Source: Eledone cirrhosa (lineage: Eukaryota). From it: DNA of 64,000 bases. The stretch spans positions 8,246,001 to 8,310,000 of the forward strand of contig OZ024756.1 in assembly GCA_964016885.1 (NCBI GenBank), given 5' to 3'. Shown piece after piece: positions 1 to 11,640 of the stretch. A program made the translations under genes and the position numbers. The notes beneath the pieces were generated by a model. It was not told the origin of the DNA and ran no database searches. It saw nothing but the letters and a program-made list of their open reading frames with translations. Numbering within the stretch: the stretch's first letter is position 1; each line of letters starts with the position of its first letter.

Positions 1-429
1 AGTGAGGACTGGGTGCTATTTGTTGTCACCTACATGACCAGTTTACAGTGTGGACTGGGTGCTATTTGTTGTCACCTACATGACCAGTTTACAGTGTGGA
101 CTGGGTGCTATTTGTTGTCACCTACATGACCAGTTTACAGTGAGGACTGGGTGCTATTTGTTGTCACCTACATGACCAGTTTACAGTGAGGACTGGGTGC
201 TATTTGTTGTCACCTACATGACCACTTTACAGTGTGGACTGGGTGCTACTTGTTGTCACCTACATGACCACTTTACAGTGTGGACTGGGTGCTATTTGTT
301 GTCACCTACATGACCAGTTTACAGTAAGGACTGGGTGCTATTTGTTGTCACCTACATGACCACTTTACAGTGTGGACTGGGTGCTATTTGTTGTCACCTA
401 CATGACCAGTTTACAGTGTGGACAGGGTG

Positions 430-3400
430 CTATTTGTTGTCACCTACACGACCAGTTTACAGTGTGGACTGGGTGCTATTTCTTGTCACCTACATGACCA
501 GTTTACAGTGTGGACTGGGTGCTATTTGTTGTCACCTACATGACCAGTTTACAGAGAGGACTGGGTGCTATTTGTTGTCACCTACATGAACAGTTTACAG
601 TGAGGACTGGGTGCTATTTGTTGTCACCTACATGAACAGTTTACAGTGAGGACTGGGTGCTATTTCTTGTCACCTACATGACCAGTTTACAGTGAGGACT
701 GGGTGCTATTTGTTGTCACCTACATGACCAGTTTACAGTGTGGACTGGGTGCTATTTCTTGTCACCTACATGACCAGTTTACAGTGAGGACTGGGTGCTA
801 TTTGTTGTCACCTACATGACCAGTTTACAGTGTGGACTGGGTGCTATTTCTTGTCACCTACATGACCAGTTTACAGTGAGGACTGGGTGCTATTTGTTGT
901 CACCTACATGACCAGTTTACAGTGAGGACTGGGTGCTATTTCTTGTCACCTACATGACCAGTTTACAGTGTGGACTGGGTGCTATTTGTTGTCACCTACA
1001 TGACCAGTTTTCAATGAGGACTGGGTGCTATTTGTTGTCACCTACATGACCTGTTTACAGTGTGGACTGGGTGCTATTTGTTGTCACCTACATGACCAGT
1101 TTACAGTGTGGACTGGGTGCTATTTGTTGTCACCTACATGACCAGTTTACAGTGAGGACTGGGTGCTATTTGTTGTCACCTACATGACCAGTTTACAGTG
1201 TGGACTGGGTGCTATTTGTTGTCACCTACATGACCAGTTTACACTGAGGACTGGGTGCTATTTGTTGTCACCTACATGACCACTTTACAGTGTGGACTGG
1301 GTGCTACTTGTTGCCACCTACATGACCACTTTACAGTGTGGACTGGGTGCTATTTGTTGTCACCTACATGACCACTTTACAGTGTGGACTGGGTGCTATT
1401 TGTTGTCACCTACACGACCAGTTTACAGTGAGGACTGGGTGCTATTTGTTGTCACCTACATGACCAGTTTACAGTGAGGACTGGGTGCTATTTGTTGTAA
1501 CCTACACGACCAGTTTACAGTGTGGACTGGGTGCTATTTGTTGTCACCTACATGACCAGTTTACAGTGAGGACTGGGTGCTATTTGTTGTCACCTACATG
1601 ACCAGTTTACAGTGTGGACTGGGTGCTATTTGTTGTCACCTACATGACCAGTTTACAGTGTGGACTGGGTGCTATTTGTTGTCACCTACATGACCAGTTT
1701 ACAGTGAGGACTGGGTGCTATTTGTTGTCACCTACATGACCAGTTTACAGTGAGGACTGGGTGCTATTTGTTGTCACCTACATGACCACTTTACAGTGTG
1801 GACTGGGTGCTACTTGTTGTCACCTACATGACCACTTTACAGTGTGGACTGGGTGCTATTTGTTGTCACCTACATGACCAGTTTACAGTAAGGACTGGGT
1901 GCTATTTGTTGTCACCTACATGACCACTTTACAGTGTGGACTGGGTGCTATTTGTTGTCACCTACATGACCAGTTTACAGTGAGGACTGGGTGCTATTTG
2001 TTGTCACCTACATGACCACTTTACAGTGTGGACTGGGTGCTACTTGTTGTCACCTACATGACCACTTTACAGTGTGGACTGGGTGCTATTTGTTGTCTCC
2101 TACATGACCAGTTTACAGTGTGGACTGGGTGCTATTTGTTGTCACCTACATGACCACTTTACAGTGTGGACTGGGTGCTATTTGTTGTCACCTACATGAC
2201 CAGTTTACAGTGAGGACTGGGTGCTATTTGTTGTCACCTACATGACCACTTTACAGTGTGGACTGGGTGCTACTTGTTGTCACCTACATGACCACTTTAC
2301 AGTGTGGACTGGGTGCTATTTGTTGTCACCTACATGACCAGTTTACAGTGAGGACTGGGTGTTATTTGTTGTCACCTACACGACCACTTTACAGTGTGGA
2401 CTGGGTGCTATTTGTTGTCACCTACATGACCAGTTTACAGTGAGGACTGGGTGCTATTTGTTGTCACCTACACGACCAGTTTACAGTGTGGACTGGGTGC
2501 TATTTCTTGTCACCTATATGACCAGTTTACAGTGTGGACTGGGTGCTATTTCTTGTCACCTACATGACCAGTTTACAGTGAGGACTGGGTGCTATTTGTC
2601 GTCACCTACATGACCAGTTTACAGTGAGGACTGGGTGCTATTTGTTGTCACCTACATGACCAGTTTACAGTGAGGACTGGGTGCTATTTCTTGTCACCTA
2701 CATGACCAGTTTACAGTGAGGACTGGGTGCTATTTGTTGTCACATACATGACCAGTTTACAGTGAGGACTGGGTGCTATTTGTTGTCACCTACATGACCA
2801 GTTTACTGTGTGGACTGGGTGCTATTTGTTGTCACCTACATGACCAGTTTACAGTGAGGACTGGGTGCTATTTGTTGTCACCTACATGACCAGTTTACAG
2901 TGAGGACTGGGTGCTATTTGTTGTCACCTACATGACCAGTTTACAGTGTGGACTGGGTGCTATTTGTTGTCACCTACATGACCAGTTTACAGTGAGGACT
3001 GGGTGCTATTTGTTGTCACCTACATGACCACTTTACAGTGTGGACTGGGTGCTATTTGTTGTCACCTACATGACCAGTTTACAGTGAGGACTGGGTGCTA
3101 TTTGTTGTCACCTACATGACCAGTTTACAGTGTGGACTGGGTGCTACTTGTTGTCACCTACACGACCAGTTTACAGTGTTGAGGACTGGGTGCTATTTGT
3201 TGTCACCTACATGACCACTTTACAGTGTGGACTGGGTGCTATTTGTTGTCACCTACATGACCACTTTACAGTGTGGACTGGGTGCTATTTGTTGTCACCT
3301 ACACGACCACTTTACAGTAAGGACTGGGTGCTATTTGTTGTCACCTACAGGACCACTTTACAGTAAGGACTGGGTGCTATTTGTTGTCACCTACATGACC

Positions 3401-6400
3401 GGTTTACAGTGAGGACTGAGTGCTATTTGTTGTCACCTACACGACCAGTTTACAGTGAGGATTGGGTGCTATTTTTGTCACCTACATGACCAGTTTACAG
3501 TGAAGAATGGGTGCTATTTGTTGTCACCTACATGACCACTTTACAGTGTGGACTGGGTGCTACTTGTTATCACCTACTTGACCACTTTACAGTGTGGACT
3601 GGGTGCTATTTGTTGTCACCTACATGACCACTTTACAGTGTGGACTGGGTGCTATTTGTTGTCACCTACACGACCAGTTTACAGTGAGGACTGGGTGCTA
3701 TTTTTGCCACCTACATGACCAGTTTACAGTGAGGACTGGGTGCTATTTGTTGTCACCTACACGACCAGTTTACTGTGAGGACTGAGTGCTATTTGTTGTT
3801 ACCTACATGACCAGTTTACAGTGAGGACTGGGTGCTATTTGTTGTCACCTATATGACTACTTTACAGTGAGGACTGGGTGCTATTTGTTGTCACCTACAC
3901 GACCAGTTTACAGTGAGGACTGGGTGCTATTTGTTGTCACCTACATGACCAGTTTACAGTGTGGACTGGGTGCTATTTGTTGTCACCTACACGACCAGTT
4001 TACAGTGAGGACTGGGTGCTATTTGTTGTCACCTACATGACCAGTTTACAGTGAGGACTGGGTGCTATTTCTTGTCACCTACATGACCTGTTACAGTGAG
4101 TACTGGGTGCTATTTCTTGTCACCTACATGACCCCTTTACAGTGTGGACTGGGTGCTATTTGTTGTCACCTACATGACCAGTTTACAGTGAGGACTGGGT
4201 GCTATTTGTTGACACCTACACGACCAGTTTACAGTGAGGACTGGGTACTATTTCTTGTCACCTACATGACCAGTTTACAATGTGGACTGGGTGCTATTTG
4301 TTGTCACCTACATGACCAGTTTACAATGACGAGTGGGTGCTATTTGTTGTCACCCACATGACCTGTTTACTGTGAGGACTGGGTGCTATTTGTTGTCACC
4401 TACATGACGAGTTTACAGTGAGGACTGGATGCTATTTGTTGTCACCTACACGACCAGTTTACAGTGAGGACTGGGTGCTATTTGTTGTCACCTACATGAC
4501 TACTTTACAGTGAGGACTGGGTGCTATTTGTTGTCACCTACACGACCAGTTTACAGTGAGGACTGGGTGCTATTTGTTGTCACCTACACGACCAGTTTAC
4601 AGTGTGGACTGGGTGCTATTTCTTGTCACCTACATGACCAGTTTACAGTGTGGACTGGGTGCTATTTGTTGTCACCTACACGACCAGTTTACAGTGTGGA
4701 CTGGGTGCTATTTGTTGTCACCTACACGACCAGTTTACAGTGTTGACTGGGTGCTATTTCTTGTCACCTACATGACCAGTTTACAGTGTGGACTGGGTGC
4801 TATTTGTTGTCACCTACATGACCAGTTTACAGAGAGGACTGGGTGCTATTTGTTGTCACCTACATGACCAGTTTACAGTGAGGACTGGGTGCTATTTGTT
4901 GTCACCTACATGAACAGTTTACAGTGAGGACTGGGTGCTATTTCTTGTCACCTACATGACCAGTTTACAGTGAGGACTGGGTGCTATTTGTTGTCACCTA
5001 CATGACCAGTTTACAGTGTGGACTGGGTGCTACTTCTTGTCACCTACATGACCAGTTTACAGTGAGGACTGGGTGCTATTTGTTGTCACCTACATGACCA
5101 GTTTACAATGAGGACTGGGTGCTATTTGTTGTCACCTACATGACCTGTTTACAGTGTGGACTGGGTGCTATTTGTTGTCACCTACACGACCAGTTTACAG
5201 TGTGGACTGGGTGCTATTTGTTGTCACCTACATGACCAGTTTACAGTGTAGACTGGGTGCTATTTGTTGTCACCTACATGACCAGTTTACAGTGAGGACT
5301 GGGTGCTATTTGTTGTCACCTACATGACCAGTTTACAGTGTGGACTGGGTGCTATTTGTTGTCACCTACATGACCAGTTTACACTGAGGACTGGGTGCTA
5401 TTTGTTGTCACCTACATGACCACTTTACAGTGTGGACTGGGTGCTACTTGTTGTCACCTACATGACCACTTTACAGTGTGGACTGGGTGCTATTTGTTGT
5501 CACCTACATGACCAGTTTACAGTGTGGACTGGGTGCTATTTGTTGTCGCCTACATGACCAGTTTACAGTGTGGACTGGGTGCTATTTGTTGTCACCTACA
5601 TGACCAGTTTACAGTGAGGACTGGGTGTTATTTGTTGTCACCTACACAACCACTTTACAGTGTGGACTGGGTGCTATTTGTTGTCACCTACATGACCAGT
5701 TTACAGTGAGGACTGGGTGCTATTTGTTGTCACCTACATGACCAGTTTACAGTGAGGACTGGGTGTTATTTGTTGTCACCTACACGACCACTTTACAGTG
5801 TGGACTGGGTGCTATTTGTTGTCACCTACATGACCAGTTTACAGTGAGGACTGGGTGCTATTTGTTGTCACCTACATGACCAGTTTACAGTGTGGACTGG
5901 GTGCTATTTGTTGTCACCTACATGACCAGTTTACAGTGAGGACTGGGTGCTATTTGTTGTCACCTACATGACCAGTTTACAGTGTGGACTGGGTGCTATT
6001 TCTTGTCACCTACATGACCAGTTTACAGTGTGGACTGGGTGCTATTTCTTGTCACCTACATGACCACTTTACAGTGTGGACTGGGTGCTATTTCTTGTCA
6101 CCTACATGACCAGTTTACAGTGTGGACTGGGTGCTATTTCTTGTCACCTACATGACCAGTTTACAGTGTGGACTGGGTGCTATTTGTTGTCACCTACATG
6201 ACCAGTTTACAGTGAGGACTGGGTGCTATTTGTTGTCACCTACATGACCAGTTTACAGTGTGGACAGGGTGCTATTTGTTGTCACCTACATTACTCGTTT
6301 ACAGTGAGGACTGGGTGCTATTTGTTGTCAGCTACATGACCACCTTACAGTGTGGACTGGGTGCTACTTGTTGTCACCTACATGACCACTTTACAGTGTG

Positions 6401-7345
6401 GACTGGGTGCTATTTGTTGTCACCTACATGACCACTTTACAGTGTGGACTGGGTGCTATTTGTTGTCACCTACATGACCAGTTTACAGTGAGGACTGGGT
6501 GCTATTTGTTGTCACCTACACGACCAGTTTACTGTGAGGACTGAGTGCTATTTGTTGTTACCTACATGACCAGTTTACAGTGAGGACTGGGTGCTATTTG
6601 TTGTCACCTATATGACTACTTTACAGTGAGGACTGGGTGCTATTTGTTGTCACCTACACGACCAGTTTACAGTGAGGACTGGGTGCTATTTCTTGTCACC
6701 TACATGACCTGTTACAGTGAGGACTGGGTGCTATTTCTTGTCACCTACATGACCCCTTTACAGTGTGGACTGGGTGCTATTTCTTGTCACCTACATGACC
6801 AGTTTACAGTGAGGACTGGGTGCTATTTGTTGACACCTACACGACCAGTTTACAGTGAGGACTGGGTGCTATTTCTTGTCACCTACATGACCAGTTTACA
6901 GTGCGGACTGGGTGCTATTTGTTGTCACCTACATGACCAGTTTACAATGACGACTGGGTGCTATTTGTTGTCACCCACATGACCTGTTTACTGTGAGGAC
7001 TGGGTGCTATTTGTTGTCACCTACATGACGAGTTTACAGTGAGGACTGGATGCTATTTGTTGTCACCTACACGACCAGTTTACAGTGAGGACTGGGTGCT
7101 ATTTGTTGTCACCTACATGACTACTTTACAGTGAGGACTGGGTGCTATTTGTTGTCACCTACACGACCAGTTTACAGTGAGGACTGGGTACCATTTGTTG
7201 TCACCTACACGACCAGTTTACAGTATGGACTGGGTGCTATTTCTTGTCACCTACATGACCAGTTTACAGTGTGGACTGGGTGCTATTTGTTGTCACCTAC
7301 ACGACCAGTTTACAGTGTGGACTGGGTGCTATTTGTTGTCACCTA
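430..7345 (+). repeat. ~6.9 kb block, copy 1 of a pair separated by 56,605 bp
   Basis: Variant order and ORF track map at a constant +56605: 1292>57897, 2258>58863, 3130>59735, 3594>60199, 4510>61115, 5524>62129, 6626>63231, 7131>63736. Markers GTGTTGAGG, GAAGAATGG, GACCGGTT and GTCAGCTAC were seen only in these two copies. Confidence 0.93.
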
Positions 7346-10300
7346 CATGACCAGTTTACACTGAGGACTGGGTGCTATTTGTTGTCACCTACATGACCAC
7401 TTTACAGTGTGGACTGGGTGCTACTTGTTGCCACCTACATGACCACTTTACAGTGTGGACTGGGTGCTATTTGTTGTCACCTACATGACCACTTTACAGT
7501 GTGGACTGGGTGCTATTTGTTGTCACCTACACGACCAGTTTACAGTGAGGACTGGGTGCTATTTGTTGTCACCAACATGACCAGTTTACAGTGAGGACTG
7601 GGTGCTATTTGTTGTAACCTACACGACCAGTTTACAGTGTGGACTGGGTGCTATTTGTTGTCACCTACATGACCAGTTTACAGTGAGGACTGGGTGCTAT
7701 TTGTTGTCACCTACATGACCAGTTTACAGTGTGGACTGGGTGCTATTTGTTGTCACCTACATGACCAGTTTACAGTGTGGACTGGGTGCTATTTGTTGTC
7801 ACCTACATGACCAGTTTACAGTGAGGACTGGGTGCTATTTGTTGTCACCTACATGACCAGTTTACAGTGAGGACTGGGTGCTATTTGTTGTCACCTACAT
7901 GACCACTTTACAGTGTGGACTGGGTGCTACTTGTTGTCACCTACATGACCACTTTACAGTGTGGACTGGGTGCTATTTGTTGTCACCTACATGACCAGTT
8001 TACAGTAAGGACTGGGTGCTATTTGTTGTCACCTACATGACCACTTTACAGTGTGGACTGGGTGCTATTTGTTGTAACCTACATGACCAGTTTACAGTGT
8101 GGACAGGGTGCTATTTGTTGTCACCTACACGACCAGTTTACAGTGTGGACTGGGTGCTATTTCTTGTCACCTACATGACCAGTTTACAGTGTGGACTGGG
8201 TGCTATTTGTTGTCACCTACATGACCAGTTTAGTGTGGACTGGGTGCTATTTGTTGTCACCTACATGACCACTTTACAGTGTGGACTGGGTGCTATTTGT
8301 TGTCACCTACATGACCAGTTTACAGTATGGACTGGGAGCTATTTGTTGTCACCTACATGACCAGTTTACAGTGTGGACTGGGTGCTATTTGTTGTCACCT
8401 ACACGACCAGTTTACAGTGAGGACTGGGTGCTATTTGTTGTCACCCACATGACCTGTTTACAGTAAGGACTGGGTGCTATTTGTTGTCACCTACATGACC
8501 ACTTTACAGTGTGGACTGGGTGCTATTTGTTGTCACCTACATGACCAGTTTACAGTGTGGACAGGGTGCTATTTGTTGTCACCTACACGACCAGTTTACA
8601 GTGTGGACTGGGTGCTATTTCTTGTCACCTACATGACCAGTTTACAGTGTGGACTGGGTGCTATTTGTTGTCACCTACATGACCAGTTTAGTGTGGACTG
8701 GGTGCTATTTGTTGTCACCTACATGACCACTTTACAGTGTGGACTGGGTGCTATTTGTTGTCACCTACATGACCAGTTTACAGTATGGACTGGGAGCTAT
8801 TTGTTGTCACCTACATGACCAGTTTACAGTGAGGACTGGGTGCTATTTGTTGTCACCTACATGACCACTTTACAGTGTGGACTGCGTGCTACTTGTTGTC
8901 ACCTACATGACCACTTTACAGTGTGGACTGGGTGCTATTTGTTGTCACCTACATGACCAGTTTACAGTAAGGACTGGGTGCTATTTAATGTCACCTACAT
9001 GACCACTTTACAGTGTGGACTGGGTGCTATTTGTTGTCACCTACATGACCAGTTTACAGTGTGGACAGGGTGCTATTTGTTGTCACCTACACGACCAGTT
9101 TACAGTGTGGACTGGGTGCTATTTCTTGTCACCTACATGACCAGTTTACAGTGTGGACTGGGTGCTATTTGTTGTCACCTACATGACCAGTTTAGTGTGG
9201 ACTGGGTGCTATTTGTTGTCACCTACATGACCACTTTACAGTGTGGACTGGGTGCTATTTGTTGTCACCTACATGACCAGTTTACAGTATGGACTGGGAG
9301 CTATTTGTTGTCACCTACATGACCAGTTTACAGTGTGGACTGGGTGCTATTTGTTGTCACCTACACGACCAGTTTACAGTGAGGACTGGGTGCTATTTGT
9401 TGTCACCTACATGACCAGATTACAGTGTGGACTGGGTGCTATTTCTTGTCACCTACATGACCAGTTTACAGTGAGGACTGGGTGCTATTTTTTGTCACCT
9501 AAACGACCAGTTTACAGTGAGGACTGGGTGCTATTTGTTGTCACCTACACGACCAGTTTACAGTGTGGACTGGGTGCTATTTGTTGTCACCTACATGACC
9601 AGTTTACAGTGGTGAGGACTGGTTGCTATTTGTTGTCACCTACACGACCAGTTTACAGTGAGGACTGGGTGCTATTTGTTGTCACCTACATGACCAGTTT
9701 ACAGTGTGGACTGGGTGCTATTTGTTGTCACCTACACGGCCAGTTTACAGTGTGGACTGGGTGCTATTTGTTGTCACCTACATGACCAGTTTACAGTGTG
9801 GACTGGGTGCTATTTGTTGTCACCTACACGACCAGTTTACATTGTGGACTAGGTGCTATTTGTTGTCACCTACATGACCAGTTTACAGTGAGGACTGGGT
9901 GCTATTTGTTGTCACCTACATGACCAGTTTACAGTGTGGACTGGGTGCTATTTGTTGTCACCTACATGACCAGTTTACAGTGTGGACTGGGTGCTATTTG
10001 TTGTCACCTACATGACCAGTTTACAGTGAGGACTGGGTGCTATTTGTTGTCACCTACATGACCAGTTTACAGTGTGGACTGGGTGCTATTTGTTGTCACC
10101 TACATGACCAGTTTACAGTGTGGACTGGGTGCTATTTGTTGTCACCTACATGACCAGTTTACAGTGTGGACTGGGTGCTATTTGTTGTCACCTACATGAC
10201 CAGTCTACAGTGTGGACTGGGTGCTATTTGTTGTTACCTACATGACCAGTTTACAGTGTGGACTGGGTGCTATTTGTTGTCACCTACATGACCAGTTTAC

Positions 10301-11640
10301 AGTGTGGACTGGGTGCTATTTGTTGTCACCTACATGACCAGTTTACAGTGTGGACTGGGTGCTATTTGTTGTCACCTACATGAGCAGTTTACAGTGTGGA
10401 CTGGGTGCTATTTGTTGTCACCTACATGACAAGTTTACAGTGTGGACTGGGTGCTATTTATTGTCACCTACATGACCAGTTTACAGTGTGGACTGGGTGC
10501 TATTTGTTGTCACCTACATGACCAGTTTACAGTGTGGAGTGGGTGCTATTTGTTGTCACCTACATGACCAGTTTACAGTGTGGACTGGGTGCTATTTGTT
10601 GTCACCTACATGACCAGTTTACAGTGTGGACTGGGTGCTATTTGTTGTCACCTACATGACCAGTCTACAGTGTGGACTGGGTGCTATTTGTTGTCACCTA
10701 CATGACCAGTTTACAGTGTGGACTGGGTGCTATTTGTTGTCACCTACATGACCAGATTACAGTGTGGACTGGGTGCTATTTGTTGTCACCTACATGACCA
10801 GTTTACAGTGAGGACTGGGTGCTATTTCTTGTCACCTACATGACCAGTTTACAGTGTGGACTGGGTGCTATTTGTTGTCACCTACATGACCAGTTTACAC
10901 TGAGGACTGGGTGCTATTTGTTGTCACCTACATGACCACTTTACAGTGTGGACTGGGTGCTACTTGTTGCCACCTACATGACCACTTTACAGTGTGGACT
11001 GGGTGCTATTTGTTGTCACCTACATGACCACTTTACAGTGTGGACTGGGTGCTATTTGTTGTCACCTACACGACCAGTTTACAGTGAGGACTGGGTGCTA
11101 TTTGTTGTCACCTACATGACCAGTTTACAGTGAGGACTGGGTGCTATTTGTTGTAACCTACACGACCAGTTTACAGTGTGGACTGGGTGCTATTTGTTGT
11201 CACCTACATGACCAGTTTACAGTGAGGACTGGGTGCTATTTGTTGTCACCTACATGACCAGTTTACAGTGTGGACTGGGTGCTATTTGTTGTCACCTACA
11301 TGACCAGTTTACAGTGTGGACTGGGTGCTATTTGTTGTCACCTACATGACCAGTTTACAGTGAGGACTGGGTGCTATTTGTTGTCACCTACATGACCAGT
11401 TTACAGTGAGGACTGGGTGCTATTTGTTGTCACCTACATGACCACTTTACAGTGTGGACTGGGTGCTACTTGTTGTCACCTACATGACCACTTTACAGTG
11501 TGGACTGGGTGCTATTTGTTGTCACCTACATGACCAGTTTACAGTAAGGACTGGGTGCTATTTGTTGTCACCTACATGACCACTTTACAGTGTGGACTGG
11601 GTGCTATTTGTTGTCACCTACACGACCAGTTTACAGTGTG
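3590..11640 (+). repeat. ~8 kb block with a dispersed paralog at ~35540-43400
   Basis: Offset is +31950 (4062>36012, 5524>37474), then +31766 after a 184-bp (4-monomer) deletion (6626>38392, 8016>39782, 9243>41009, 10948>42714). Confidence 0.88.

Noticed and set aside
1-46. Conserved structured RNA encoded by each monomer (ACTGG/CCAGT stem; variants ACAGG with CCTGT and AGTGG with CCACT look complementary)
   Set aside because: In the cases I checked (e.g. 421, 4331, 10537) the complementary variants do not occur in the same or adjacent arms, so there is no compensatory covariation. The stems are only 4-5 bp.
6300-6490. 4 x 46 = 184 bp as a nucleosome-length functional unit
   Set aside because: Observed duplication and deletion sizes include 1, 3, 10, 11, 33, 61 and 70 monomers, so there is no consistent 4-mer periodicity.
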